Shown here one piece after another: positions 49,530-61,596 of a DNA stretch of 64,000 nucleotides. The notes under the pieces were generated by a model, which searched no databases, was not told the origin of the DNA, and worked only from the letters and a program-made list of their open reading frames with translations. The stretch is from positions 1 to 64,000 of the forward strand of contig CAWGZR010000004.1 of NCBI GenBank assembly GCA_963827165.1, read 5' to 3'. Position 1 is the first letter of the stretch, and each line of letters begins with the position of its first letter. Both the position numbers and the translations under genes were made by a program. Source of the stretch: Candidatus Bathyarchaeota archaeon. Lineage in GTDB: Archaea > Thermoproteota > Bathyarchaeia > Bathyarchaeales > Bathycorpusculaceae.

Positions 49530-50145
49530 TTAATGGCCGAATGGGTAAGTACTGATCCCTGTTAGGATGTATTGGATTGCAATTCCAGCTATTAGTAGTG
49601 CCATTACTCTTGCTATAACGATTGCACCTGTTTTTCCCAGAAAATGGTCAATTTGGTTGATGAATCTCAGTATTATCCATGTTAAAGACATAACTACAAC
49701 AACCGCGAGGACTGCGATTGAAAGGGCGATTTCCAATCCGCTAATTTTGAAGTATGTTTGGAAGGTAACCATGGTTGTGGTGATTGCTCCAGGTCCTACT
49801 AGAAGCGGGATGGCTATGGGCACAGCGCCTATGCTTTCGGGAGATTCAACGTTCTCGCGGGCTCCGGAAATCAAGATTCTAATTGCAATAATCAAGAGCA
49901 ATAATCCTCCTGCAATCTCAAAACTTTGAAGAGATAATCCGAAAGCGGTTAGAATTGCGGACCCAGCGAATGCGAAAACAAGCAGGAGAATCATTCCGAC
50001 AAGTACTGCGGTGTTGTAAACTCTCTTTTATTTTTGCCTCGGGAACATTTTGGGTTAGGCCCAAGAATATCGGGATGTTTCCGAATGGATCTACTATTAT
50101 GAATAAGGCTATGATTGCTCTGAACAGGTCGGTGAGGTAATCCAA
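49530..50145 (-). pseudogene. marC: MarC family membrane protein, one frameshift near 50030
   Basis: LFIIVDPFGNIPIF; SFEIAGG, VPIAIPLLVGPGAITT, RVMALL. Confidence 0.82.
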
Positions 50146-50316
50146 ATTGACGTTCTCCGCAGGCAGTTTAGTTTAGATGCAGATTCAATAAAAGGTTAGC
50201 GCCTCCTTTGAAGTTAAAGAATCACAAGATCTTGGCAAAGCGGATGCGTCAAAATGTGAAAGATCAAACCGAACCATTTTTGGTTGAGCTTCAAAAAAAA
50301 GTAGGTTAGGCGGTTA

Positions 50317-52374
50317 TTAGGTAACCGTCACGCTAATTGTTGTTGTGTGTTTGAGTCCGTGTGTGCTGTCAGTTCCGGTTATTGTTATGGTGTATGTGCC
50401 TGCTGCGGTTGTTCTGCTTGTCATGAACATCAGAGTTGAAGATGATCCGGCTTTCACTGGGTTAGTGTTGAAGGTGGCTGTCATTCCGCTTGGCATTCCA
50501 GTGGCAGAGAGGGTCGGTGAACCTGTGTAGCCTCCGATTGAGTTGACAGTTATCCTTGAGGTTCCTAAAGATCCAGGTCTGATGCTTAGGCTTGTTGGAT
50601 TGGCGGTTAAGCCGAAGTCAGCGGTTGTAATAGTTACGCCGACGGTTGTGGTGTGGCTTGCTGAACTGCCTGTGCCTGTGACTGTTATTGTTCCGCTTGC
50701 TGCTCCTGTCGTTGCCGTGAGTGTAAGGGTTGATGTTGCGGATGTTGTTCCTGAAGGTATTGATACGGTGGCTGGGTTGAAAGTTGCCGTTACGCCTGAG
50801 GGTAGGTTTGAGGCTGTTAGGCTAACTGACCCGGTAAATCCATCTTTAGCGGTTATCGTCATGGTTGAGGTTGCTCCTTGGCCTCCGATGGGTACATTCA
50901 CGCTGGTTGGCGATGCTGAGACCAAGAAGTCTGGATTAGTAACCGTTATTGTGAATGTCGTTGTGTGAACGGTTGAGCCGGCTGTTCCTGTCACAGTGAC
51001 GGTGTCTGTTGTATCGGCTGTTCCTGATGGGACTGTTATAGATATAGTTGCGGTTCCTGGTGGTGTAACTGCAGTCGAACTTGGAAGTGTCGCAAAATTG
51101 TCAGAGTCTGACACGCCGAGTGTTACTGGGGTGTTGTATCCGTCAAGCGATGCAACTGTTACCGTGTTGGAGCTTCCCGTCGTTCCTGCTGGAATTATTA
51201 CCGAAGATGCTGACAATGAGAAGTCAGGGGTGCTTACTGGTTGGAAGTTTGCGGTTCGGGGGCTGCCTATGCCTGTGACTAAGTCATAGCCTGGTCCTGC
51301 TGAGTGACCGTTTGAGCCGCTTGTTACATCGTAGATTTCAGTTGTGTAGGCTGACGACGCTGCGGTTGCGTATAGGTTGGGGTTGTTTGCTGTTGCTCCG
51401 AGGGCTTGGATTGCGGCCCACTGTGGTGCTCCCGCGCTTGTGCCTCCTACGTCCCACCAACCTGCTTGGCCGTTGTAAGGTGTGCTGTCGTAGACGTAAA
51501 CTCCGGTGTTTGGATCTGCATCGTAGGCAACATCTGGAACTGCCCGGTGAGTTGTTTGGAGTTGTGTGTTTAAGCCAAAGCTTGTCTGGTAGGTCGGCAT
51601 AGCTTCGTAGGCGCTAACGCCTCCTCCGCTGTCACTCCACGCTGTCTCTGAAACGAAGGTGTTGCCGCTCATGGTCAGGGTGGTTCCTCCGACGCTTACG
51701 ATGTTAGGCGACGTCGCCGGCCAAAGTAACTGAGCCGCGGTGTCACCTGCTGAGGCGAAGAAAGATATTGGTGCTGTAGCTGTGCTTGGTGTCGTAAAGT
51801 AGCTGTCGTATGAGCTTTCTGTGGAGAATTCGCTTCCTCCCCAACTCATCGAGACTGCCACGACGCCTGGCTGACTTGCAGCGTACTGGACGGCTGAGAG
51901 AAGGTTGCCAAGTGAGCTTGATGTGGCTTCAACGAGCAAAATGCTTGCGTAGGGAGCGATTGTGTGTGCCCACTCTACGTCGAGTGATATTTCAATTGCC
52001 CAATCGGCGTTGTTAGAGACAGAGCTTGACATTTTGTGCACAGTCAAAGTTGCAGCGGGTAAACCGAAGTTGGTGCAAAATGTTGATAGGTCGCTTGCTA
52101 TGGTGGGGTCGTTGTAGGCGTCGACGATGGCTATTGTTTTTCCAGCTCCGCCGTTTGTTGATGCGAGGTTGTATGCGCTTAGGATTTGGGTCGGAGTCAA
52201 CGGGTCAGGTCCAGCTTGGGCTAACGGCCGTGCTTCGAAGAGGGTTTGTGCGTTCCAGTTTACTGGTGCTGCTTTGACAGTGGATAGCGTTCCCAATTCT
52301 GGTATGGCTAAAAGGCAGACTAATGCTGTAAGAATTATAGCTAGTCCTATTTTGTTTTTAAGGAATCTGGTCAT
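50317..52374 (-). CDS. Secreted S53 (sedolisin) peptidase with about three C-terminal Ig-like repeats
   Basis: EISLDVE, SAGD, VGGT, RAVPDV, GGTSAGAPQW, GYDLVTGIGSP; repeated DF.L.A.P..G..ST.T. Confidence 0.88.
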   Translation of the reverse strand: MTRFLKNKIGLAIILTALVCLLAIPELGTLSTVKAAPVNWNAQTLFEARPLAQAGPDPLTPTQILSAYNLASTNGGAGKTIAIVDAYNDPTIASDLSTFCTNFGLPAATLTVHKMSSSVSNNADWAIEISLDVEWAHTIAPYASILLVEATSSSLGNLLSAVQYAASQPGVVAVSMSWGGSEFSTESSYDSYFTTPSTATAPISFFASAGDTAAQLLWPATSPNIVSVGGTTLTMSGNTFVSETAWSDSGGGVSAYEAMPTYQTSFGLNTQLQTTHRAVPDVAYDADPNTGVYVYDSTPYNGQAGWWDVGGTSAGAPQWAAIQALGATANNPNLYATAASSAYTTEIYDVTSGSNGHSAGPGYDLVTGIGSPRTANFQPVSTPDFSLSASSVIIPAGTTGSSNTVTVASLDGYNTPVTLGVSDSDNFATLPSSTAVTPPGTATISITVPSGTADTTDTVTVTGTAGSTVHTTTFTITVTNPDFLVSASPTSVNVPIGGQGATSTMTITAKDGFTGSVSLTASNLPSGVTATFNPATVSIPSGTTSATSTLTLTATTGAASGTITVTGTGSSASHTTTVGVTITTADFGLTANPTSLSIRPGSLGTSRITVNSIGGYTGSPTLSATGMPSGMTATFNTNPVKAGSSSTLMFMTSRTTAAGTYTITITGTDSTHGLKHTTTISVTVT

Positions 52375-52544
52375 GAATTCCTTTCACCTGTTATTTTTTG
52401 CTTAACGTTCTCTTGATTACCTTGCTTAATAAGATTTTCTGCGATGTTAAAAACACCGTTATAACACTAATTATATTGAAGCGTGCGACCAGCATCCCGA
52501 GGACCCTAACTTTAGCGATGGTTCCAACGTGCAGTGGCTCGGCA

Positions 52545-52670
52545 TGGTGCCGTTATCGGGCTTCATGAGCGTTTCTTTCAGAGTTTTCACAATTCGTGAT
52601 ACTTTACTTCATCTGTTAGTCGTTTCTCTTTTTAAAGAAACGCCTTTGAGAATCTCGCCGTGTAGGGCAT
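52545..52670 (-). pseudogene. RelE/ParE-like toxin remnant
   Basis: MPYTARFSKAFL*KEKRL..RIVKTLKETL..P directly after the antitoxin. Confidence 0.5.
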
Positions 52671-52672
52671 GT

Positions 52673-52903
52673 TTATTTCAAGACTTTTTCCAAGTCATTA
52701 ATCGAGCAGTCAATGAATTCGCCCTTAGCCACCTGTTTTTTGCTTTCCGCAATAGACTTCAAAGTTTCTTTATCTGCAAGCGTCTCTAATGTGGCAAGTA
52801 TCTGCTCTACCTTAACGTAAGTCCCGACCATTTCCTCAAAAAGATCCTTTGGAATAACAATTCCATCCTTAGTAACTTTGACCTTTGCCTCCAATACAAG
52901 CAC
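52673..52903 (-). CDS. Antitoxin-like protein
   Basis: ATLETLAD..L.SI.ES...V.KGE motif typical of RelE-partner antitoxins. Confidence 0.65.
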   Translation of the reverse strand: MLVLEAKVKVTKDGIVIPKDLFEEMVGTYVKVEQILATLETLADKETLKSIAESKKQVAKGEFIDCSINDLEKVLK

Positions 52904-53043
52904 CTGAAAAATAGAACACTTAAGCGACTTTCAATTCTTTTCAAACAAAATCTTAAATTTCGTCAGAAGCGGACTTTACGTTTTTTCTGATTCGTATCAT
53001 TTGGCCTATAGTGTAATGTCAATTGTTGGCATTTAACTGTAAC

Positions 53044-53847
53044 TCATTCTTTCGCGTTTGTTTTCCGGCATTTTTGCCATACTAAATCAAAATAATCTTG
53101 GGCTAAGTCAACTGCAGCTTTGTTGTTGGACCATAAAGTGGGATACGGGAAAGGTGAATCAACCGCGGATGTGCTGAGCAGCATTTCCTTTTGATCCCAA
53201 ACGCTAAAACCTACATTCGGAGGCGCTGAAGCTAATCTGAGGCCAAAATTCGGATACTTCATTAATGCTTCAAGTGGTCCTCCCAAACGCTCGTCAGCGT
53301 CTGGCTTTGGAATAATTATTTTGAAAGCCACATTGCGCTTCAGCACGTCTTGTAAAAGAGGTGAGTAACTTGAGACCCAAGCGATCATTCTTCTTCTCAA
53401 AGCCATAAAGCAGATTGTGTCTTCGACGTTTCTGATCATTTTCTCAGCTTTAGCGTATATTGCAGCTCTACTGGGAATAAGCATGAAATCGAATTCTTCA
53501 CCAAGCTTCTCTTTTATGTTGATGCGCTTGAAGCTTTGGGTCAATGAGAGAGCTTTCTTTTGAAGTTCAACGGTTTTCATAAGTCTTCTTTGCATCAATT
53601 CGGATACACACTTTTCCACCGGCACCGCCTGAAATCTCACCGGCTTCGAAATTTTTCTTTCGATAAACCCCACCTTCTCCAGTTCAACTAGAATTCTGTA
53701 GACGTCAGGTCTAGTAATTCCAGAGATTAAGGATATTTCAGGTGCCTTAAGACTTCTTGATTTTGCAAGTGACAAGTAAACTTTGGCCTGTGACACGCTC
53801 AAACCCAGTTCAGTCAGGGTGGAAACGTATTCGTCGCTATCTGCCAT
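53044..53847 (-). CDS. TrmB family transcriptional regulator
   Basis: LGLS..QAKVYL.L, I.RPDVYRIL.EL...GFI, P.RFQAVP; PLD-like C-terminal domain. Confidence 0.88.
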   Translation of the reverse strand: MADSDEYVSTLTELGLSVSQAKVYLSLAKSRSLKAPEISLISGITRPDVYRILVELEKVGFIERKISKPVRFQAVPVEKCVSELMQRRLMKTVELQKKALSLTQSFKRINIKEKLGEEFDFMLIPSRAAIYAKAEKMIRNVEDTICFMALRRRMIAWVSSYSPLLQDVLKRNVAFKIIIPKPDADERLGGPLEALMKYPNFGLRLASAPPNVGFSVWDQKEMLLSTSAVDSPFPYPTLWSNNKAAVDLAQDYFDLVWQKCRKTNAKE

Positions 53848-53963
53848 GTTAATTCCCCTGAGGCGGAGCTTTCAGATATGATCTGTTTTTGTTGATAAGC
53901 TTTGTTGTAAGTGCACCCACCACCAACAAGATGTTAAATGCAAAACGCACCGATCCATGGAGG

Positions 53964-53979
53964 GTACACGCGTGTGTAC
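53964..53979. promoter_or_regulatory. Near-perfect palindrome between TrmB and the beta-propeller gene
   Basis: GTACACGCGTGTGTAC. Confidence 0.4.
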
Positions 53980-54004
53980 TATTAATTAAGGAATGGAGAA
54001 AAAA

Positions 54005-57000
54005 ATGAAAAATACAAACAAATTTTTAGCTCTAGCACTTGCAATAATTTTTGCAGTCTCAATGACAGCTTCAATAGCAACAATCCCTGGCGCATTCGGT
54101 CATACACCAGCATGGCAAATTCCAACCTATGCATACACTTTACGCTCTCCCTAACCCGATCGGCGTGGGTCAAACCATACAAGTTTACATGTGGCTTGAC
54201 GCAGTTTACGGAGCCGCAGGCGGATAAGCAGCATCAGTAGGCACAAACGGAATGACAGCAAGCTCCGCCCTCATGTCAAACAATTACCGATTCGAAAACT
54301 ATAAACTAGTAATCACCGCGCCAAACGGGCAACATAACCACTGAAACCTTCCCAATAGTTGAGGATACAACAAGCAGCCAAGAATACGCATTCACCGCAA
54401 GCCAAGTTGGAACATACACCTTCAACTTCACTTATCCAGGACAAGTATACGGCGCCAACGGCAACGGCTACGCCAAATCAGTTCTGATTGGAGACCAATA
54501 CCTCGCAAGCGCAGCATCAACGACAATGGCAGTCAGCGCATCGCCAATACCCTCACCCATAACCAGCTCGCCTCTTCCAACCGCATATTGGGAAAGCCCA
54601 ATTTACGGTGAAAACAGCAACTGGTGGTCAATCACCTCAAACTGGCTCGGTTCAGGCTCACCTGTTCCAGCAGGCTACACAAGCTCAACGCTGTTCCACG
54701 GAGACGGCGTCGGACCATTAACATCGCACCTTATGTGGACAACTTCCATGCAGTTCGGCGGAGTCGTCGGTGGCAACTCATTCCAGCCAGGCGGTTCATA
54801 TCCAGGCAACGGCCAAGGAGTACAATACTATGAAGGCTCAAGCTATCAACCAAGATTCAGCAACCCAATCATCATCGACGGCTATCTATTCTACACCAGC
54901 CCGTATCCTTCACAGGTCCAAGCAGCGGCGCAACAACCTGCGTTAGCTTATTCATGGAAAAACCCTGTGGACGAACCAGCCATGCCACCAATCTCATTCG
55001 GCTATGTCTACAACTTATGGGACCCAGACCAACACGGAACAATGTCTCCAGACCTTATCTGCGCAATAGGCGGAGGACTCACAGGTCTACCATCAATGTG
55101 GGAAGTATTCGACGCATACACCGGAATAGCAATGTTCAACGTAAGCTACGTTCCAGGCTTTGCACCACAAACAGGCCAACTAATCAACGGTCAACCCGTT
55201 GCTGGCACTCACCTACGGACAAACCATCGGCCCCTCAGGAGAAGTCCTAAGAGACGTATTGATGAACTGCGGAACCTCAGCTAACCCACAATGGTACCTT
55301 GCTGAATGGAACATGTCAAGACTATGGTCCTACGACATAAACCCATTCACTGGCGGAGGAAGCTACTCACCTATCGAAATCTAAATGGAAACAAACGTCA
55401 TGGTAGCTAACTTACCTATACTGATTACAGGCACAACAGGAACAACCCCTCAGGCGGAAGCCAATTCATCCCCTACGGCACAAAACTAACTGTCTTCGGA
55501 AACATCACATCACGCAAGGCGTAGCTCTATCTCAGGCAAACCCGCTTGGCAGATTTGACTGGAACATTTCAATGCCAATGGCTCAACAGCCTCGTACCAC
55601 AAGCAACCATGAGCACAGTCACCGGCAACCCCGTTCCAGGAGTCGTACAAGGACCAACAGGACGCAGTCTTCGCACAAGGCCCATTAGGTGGCACATGCC
55701 CAGTCAGCGTTGTAGGAACCGACTACGGCAACATGATGCTCCTCAGATACGGCGGATTACCACAGGATACAAAGGAAACAGCATAGGCTTACCCGCAACT
55801 ACCATACACACTATACGCAATCAACCTGAACGCTTCAGTCGGCGCAATCGGCTCATTACTTTGGCAAAAAACCATCCAGCCCCCAGCAGGCAACATTACC
55901 GTACAGTGGGCAGGCATTGATTGGCAGACAAAAACCTTCACACTCAACTATGAAGAAACCATGCAATGGGTCGGCTACAGCCTAACAAACGGCGCACAAA
56001 TATGGGGTCCAACTACATCACAACCAGCCTTAGACTACTACGGCGTCGGCAACACAATGCTCAGCGTATTCGCATACGGCAACCTCTACACTAGCCAAAT
56101 GGCAGGCATATGCTTCGCATACAGCGACACCACCGGCAAACTGCTCTGGACCTACGGCAACGGAGCCCCAGGATCAGACAACAGCACATATGCAGGATTA
56201 GCAACACCATACGGCGACTACCCAACAGCTATTCAATCAATCGCCAACGGCATAGTGTACATAGCCACAGACGAACACACAATTCTCAACCCAATCTACA
56301 AGGGCGCAACTACAGAGGCACTTAACGCAACAACAGGCAAACTGTTATGGGAACTCTCGGATTACCCGTCTGAATGGTCAAGTCCAGGCGCAGAATATGT
56401 AGTGGGCGGCGGATTCGCGACCTTCATGAACGGCTACAACAACCAAATCTACAGCGTTGGCAGAGGACCAAGCTCAACTACAGTTAATGTGTCACCAGGC
56501 GTGACGTCATACGGAAGCAATGTTGTCATATCAGGCACAGTCATGGATGTTTCAGCAGGCACAAAGCAGAGCCAACAAGCAGCAGACTTTCCAAACGGAG
56601 TCCCATGCTCCTCAGACGCAACCATGTACCAATGGATGGGCTACGTTTACCAGCAGCAACCAATGCCAACAAACTTCACAGGAGTACCAGTGACAATTTC
56701 AGTCTTAGACTCAAACGGCAACTACAGAGCAATAGGCAGCGCAACCACAAATGAAAACGGCATGTTCACCTTCACATGGACACCAGACATCACAGGCAAC
56801 TACACAGTCTACGCAAACTTCGGAGGCACAAACGGCTATTGGCCATCATCCAGCACAACAAGCTTCAACACCATGAATGCAGCTCCAACAGCAGCACCAA
56901 CAGGCACACCACTTAGCATGGCAGGCACCCAAAGCACCATCATGATGGGCGTCATCGCAGTCATTGTAGTAGTAATCATAGGCATCGCAGTAGTCGCAAT

Positions 57001-57025
57001 GCTCATACTCCGAAAGAAACCATAA
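54005..57025 (+). pseudogene. PQQ-binding-like beta-propeller surface protein; 5' two thirds multiply frameshifted
   Basis: Signal MKNTNKFLALAL..HTPAWQIPTYAY; TG.LLW repeats; intact 55961..57025 ends in TM + RKKP. Confidence 0.8.
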
Positions 57026-57144
57026 GCAAAAGAACCAAAAAAATCATCTTTCTTTTTTTTGTTTTTGACCCTAATCTGAGACGAAGTTCTGCCAAAAGCA
57101 ACTGATAACATATTGGCGGAAAGCTACTTATCCCGTCATCGAAC

Positions 57145-57621
57145 ATGTGTTGCAACGGAGAAGAGAGAATCAGCGAAACAATAGAGTTCCCAAAAACGTT
57201 GGTCATCGCAGGAAACATCGCCTTAGCCGCGTGGATCCTGCTGGACGCCGTGGCGCTTTCCCTCGTCAGCCTGGCTGCCGGCGTCGCGATCCTTCTGGTT
57301 CTACTAATCGCCGTCTACGGTATCCTCAAATTCCTCGGATGCCTCCGACCCTGCTACAACTGCAAAAAATGCACATTCGGCATGGGCAGATTGGCAGCGC
57401 TCTATTTTGGCAAAAGAAGCCTCAAAGACTATAAACACAACTACCGCCTACCAGTCGCTTTATTCTATTACACTCTGGTCGGACCCTTGCCAGCCGCAAT
57501 CCTACTTGCCTCAACAATAGAAGTCTTCACAGCCGCTAAGACCGCTGTCCTGTTCATCTCCTTTGCCTTCTCAGTAACCAGCGCCCTGACGTGGCGTGCA
57601 AATCCAAGCAATGTTCCTTAA
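57145..57621 (+). CDS. Four-TM membrane protein with Cys cluster
   Basis: GCLRPCYNCKKCTFG between TM pairs. Confidence 0.65.
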   Translation: MCCNGEERISETIEFPKTLVIAGNIALAAWILLDAVALSLVSLAAGVAILLVLLIAVYGILKFLGCLRPCYNCKKCTFGMGRLAALYFGKRSLKDYKHNYRLPVALFYYTLVGPLPAAILLASTIEVFTAAKTAVLFISFAFSVTSALTWRANPSNVP

Positions 57622-57694
57622 ACCGTGTAGCCATTTTCTATGCAGCAAGCGGAACCTTCTCAAAATGCCTCAAGCCTCATAGAGGATTTAGTCT

Positions 57695-59215
57695 TTAATA
57701 AAACCGACTAAAAAAGCTGAAAGATCGAAAAGCAGGCGTGTAAGACAATGTTTTTGATCGGCTCACGTCCGGGCTGTCGTCAATTTTATGGTCGTTGGTT
57801 CTTTTTCTCAGGTAGAATACAGCTAAAACTGCGACGACCGCTATAGCTGATGCAATTACAACGCTGGCAATGATGGTTTCAGAACTGATTGAGATTGACG
57901 GACTTGAGGTTGGCAAAACAGATGGAGTGGATGCAGTGACTGAAGTCAGATTCGATACCGTTTCCACTCTGTAGACATAACAGCCCACTGGAAACGTCCA
58001 AGTTCTCACTACCTGCCCAGCAGGATTCACTTCGACAAACACGGCGCCGGTGTTGGTGAAATTCCAGGTCCCATTCGGAAGTTCGTTTTGGGTATCGTAG
58101 TGCGTTGGGTCGCCGAAGTCTCCGAGAAAGTCCCCGTTTGGAAGAAGCAAGTTCGCGCCGGCATATGAATTCCAATTCGAGATTGGTGCTTCCCAACTCC
58201 AGTTAACATACGCAGTCATACTGGTCTCATTAAGAGTAACTTACATCAAACTGCTGCGGCAATCGTCAGGATTAGTGACGTTATCGTAGTCGTTGTTAAA
58301 CATGGTGAAGACATCGGGAGCCACCTCTTTCACGTCATGCTCACCATAGAATAAGCTGGAAACGGTCTGGTCGTTATCGCCCAGAAGAGTAAAGTTGCCA
58401 AATCTGCCGCAAGCCCAAAATATGTCCCCCGTAGTCTGGTTAATCTTATAGAACGTGTCAGTTGAACGTGAATTCAGGTATATGATGCCGTCGTTGTAGT
58501 CCCAGTCAAGTGAGTTCGCATGAATAAAATCAATCACAGTTTGCCCATTAAGAGTGGTTGTCTCGTTGAAAGGAGACGCCTCGCTTATCGGTATGTGATT
58601 GTAAGAGTTCCATGTCCATAGGGCTGTTCCGTTTGGTTCAAGCTCCACGATCTTGTCTACGAGGTATAGGTCATTTCCCACTGGTTGAACATATTGCTGC
58701 AGCGTGAGAAAAGTGTTATTGACTGGGTCATATTCAATATCATGCTCACCCACAACACCAGGAAAGTCTTCGATTGCTCCCGTGGACAAGTTCCAGAAAT
58801 GTGTCTCGTATGTCGGCGCATCTTGAGCACCGTCCACTTCGGGTTCACCTTCGAACATCATGGTGTCAGGTGAAATATTGTAAGCGGCGCCATAGCTATT
58901 GTCCGATTGAGGGACAGCCACTACCGTGCCATTAGTATCCATAACGACAAAATAGTTGCTGTTTGCTTCTGTACCCACAAAGCTGCTGCCTATCTCGAGA
59001 TCAAACGCAATTTCGCCGTTCCATGCATTTCCAGTTGTATTAACTGTGCAAGGTAAAACAAAATTCTTGTCGGTTTGAGAATAGGTTATTGGCAAAAAAC
59101 TGGAAAGTACAAGACATAACGCGGTCATCACAACTACGGTTAAAATTGTTTTTTTGCTTCTCTTAAAATCAAGCATGATTTTTTCCTTTTCCGGTTTATT
59201 TTCTGAACGAGACAC
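57695..59215 (-). pseudogene. Arylsulfotransferase (ASST)-like secreted protein split by one in-frame TAA
   Basis: HDI, DFIHANS, LNSR, HDV, FNN; ORFs 58241..59215 and 57695..58219 share a frame; C-terminal TM. Confidence 0.75.
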
Positions 59216-59399
59216 CTACAGTGGTTTCGTCGGGAAAGAAAATAATATGGACTTTTAAAGTGATACCTAAATCTTACCCAAATCCGCATCTACAGCGCGG
59301 CGTGAATTTTTAGTTCGGTTAAATGGCTCGCGCGTCTGCTCTTCAAATATTTGCTGTTAAGTTGTTCAGACTATTCGCATTTTGAATTATGTATCGGTC

Positions 59400-59860
59400 G
59401 AATCTTCTTGCTTGCTATCAAGGTTCCAACCAAAAAAGCCATGAAAAGAAAATAGAAAGCAAGCCCGAAAATCAGGGTCCTTGCAGGATTAAAGATCAAG
59501 CTAGAAGCAACAATGTCGAATAGATGCCGCCCGACAAAAACAAAGTTTCAACGTTGCTAAGACCTCTCAATTCAACATAAGCAAAGACTAACAGTAGCGC
59601 CATCCAAGTTACGAATATCAAATGTATGCCGCCGATGAACATAAATTGTGACAATAGGCGGTTGCCGACTGAAATAATAATTAGGAGAATTGGACCCCAA
59701 CTCTTTCGTTTCACAATCCAAAACAGAGCTAATAGATTAAGCGGTATGGCAGCCACTGCGTCCAAAACCGCGATTTCCCAACTAACTGTTAAAGTAAAAC
59801 GATGCGCTGGGGATTTTGTCCATATAATTATTGAAAATATCTCGCCTATAATGTTAAAAG
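59400..59860 (-). pseudogene. Degenerate membrane protein
   Basis: Hydrophobic fragment 59496..59765 continuing in neighbouring frames. Confidence 0.35.
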
Positions 59861-60088
59861 CACCAAAATCAAAAGGATTTTATGCTTTACGTCTTGCACG
59901 CTCATTTGTTCAAAAGCGCATTTTATAATTCCTCGATTCTGCTTTGCTCCACATCGATCTCAGCAAATTGAAAGCCCCAACTTGGCGAACGAATAGAGCA
60001 AAAAAGATGCGTTGATCTCAAGCAATATTTACTGCTAGCCCTAAAGAAAAAAAGGATTGGTAGATCAATTTCCCGTTTTGTCGGGACT

Positions 60089-60901
60089 TTATTTTTCTTT
60101 TCTTTTCACGTAAACAATCGTTCCAAAAGCTACCAGAACAAGCACAGCTCCAACCATAATTTCGGCTGCTGACGAAAACTCATTAACAGTCGGCGTCGGC
60201 GAAGGAGACGATGACGAAACCGACGTTATCGACGGTAACGTTACGCTGCTGCTTTGCGGGATGAAATAGCCTTGCACAGCGCATGCTTCTGCGGTTACGT
60301 TGAATTTGAGCGGGTTATCGGTGGAAACAGCTGATCCGCCCTTGGCGGCTGGAACCAACCAGTAAAGGAATTTGAAGCCGTCTGCAGGTTTGGCAGTGAA
60401 GGTGGCAATATCGCCGATTGAGTAGTTGGTGTAAATTGCTGCACCTGGGCTTGTTGTTCCACCTATTGAAATTAAGACATCGAAAGGCGATTGTCCAGTT
60501 TGACTGGTGGATTGGGCAAGTGACGCGTTAATGTCGGGGACAAACATTGGTTGAATGGCACATCCGGTTGACGTGATCTTGTAGTTGAAGGGATCATTTG
60601 TGGATGTGGCGGCGCCGGTTGAGTTGGCGTAGTCCCAGCATAAGAACTTGAATTGTGCAAGCGGCGTCGCTGTAAAGGTGACGGTTGAGCCCGCAGTATA
60701 ATTGTAGGTTGTGCCCCCTGTCAGAGTAGCCCCTGACGCCGAAACTATCCCGCCGCACGATTCGTAAAGATAGACGCTGTCGGTTCCTTGTGCTTTGACA
60801 GTTTGCAGGTTCGAATTCACTGAAATCAAAATAAGCACTGACGTTAGCAAAAACAACGCCAAAAACTTTGAGCCATTCGTCGCCCTAAAAAACTTGGTCA
60901 T
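60089..60901 (-). CDS. Surface protein with two InlB B-repeat-like domains and PEF-CTERM-like anchor
   Basis: Two copies of GG..Y..G....FTA.P...FKFL.W; VNEF + TM + KRKEK. Confidence 0.72.
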   Translation of the reverse strand: MTKFFRATNGSKFLALFLLTSVLILISVNSNLQTVKAQGTDSVYLYESCGGIVSASGATLTGGTTYNYTAGSTVTFTATPLAQFKFLCWDYANSTGAATSTNDPFNYKITSTGCAIQPMFVPDINASLAQSTSQTGQSPFDVLISIGGTTSPGAAIYTNYSIGDIATFTAKPADGFKFLYWLVPAAKGGSAVSTDNPLKFNVTAEACAVQGYFIPQSSSVTLPSITSVSSSSPSPTPTVNEFSSAAEIMVGAVLVLVAFGTIVYVKRKEK

Positions 60902-60986
60902 AAAAAGTTCCTAAATAGGAAGATGCAAATCTAAAAATAAGCATTATGGGGAGCGAGCCCTTCCTTCCAAATTTCCAGCATTCAAT

Positions 60987-61445
60987 CTACGCCGCTACAT
61001 GTACTATACCTGTTACGTTTAGGACATAGGCTTGGTAAGCTGTTTCATAACTCATTTCTCCAATAACCTTGACTGGCTGATTCTGATCGTACCCAGTTGG
61101 AAAGCCAACGGTGAAGTTTGAGGGAAAACTTGCAGGAGGAAAAAGATCAACTGGAAAAGTCAGAAAAACAAAGGAAGCAACCGCTTCTTTTTGACCAGTA
61201 CCTTCTGTAAATGTTCTTGTGCTGGGTTGAGGTGAAACAGGCGGCGTTATTGTTGTGGCGGATATGCCTGGGTAAATTGCGTGGCCCGGCGCATAACTCA
61301 AAAATCCAGTGATTGTGTAAAAGCCCGCCTGCGGCTTCGTTGTTTGGTTCTGGAAATAAAATAGGGTTCCAACGACTATACCAACGACGAGAACTGCGAT
61401 TAAACCGAAATAGAGCGCAAGAGAGTTTTTTCGAGATAACTTCAA
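60987..61445 (-). CDS. Membrane-anchored hypothetical protein
   Basis: N-terminal TM, 152 aa. Confidence 0.55.
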   Translation of the reverse strand: MKLSRKNSLALYFGLIAVLVVGIVVGTLFYFQNQTTKPQAGFYTITGFLSYAPGHAIYPGISATTITPPVSPQPSTRTFTEGTGQKEAVASFVFLTFPVDLFPPASFPSNFTVGFPTGYDQNQPVKVIGEMSYETAYQAYVLNVTGIVHVAA

Positions 61446-61596
61446 TCAAGATGCCCTTTACTCAATTATCATGAACTCCAGTTATTTAGCGCTACATTTT
61501 AGAACAGGATTCTTCGCCTAAAAACATGACTAAAGCGAACGCGTCCACCAAAAAACCTTTATTCTCCCAAAACCACTCGTTTTCTGGTGACTGAAG

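Noticed and set aside
52547-52557. GTGCCGTTATC identical to one hairpin arm
   Set aside because: Isolated 11-mer without the partner arm or TTAGG; may be chance within the RelE remnant
58241-58243. Stop-codon recoding in the ASST-like gene or YdjM copy 1
   Set aside because: The interrupting codons differ (TAA, TGA), all three stops terminate normal genes here, and the paralog has TGG at the TGA position; simple nonsense changes or errors
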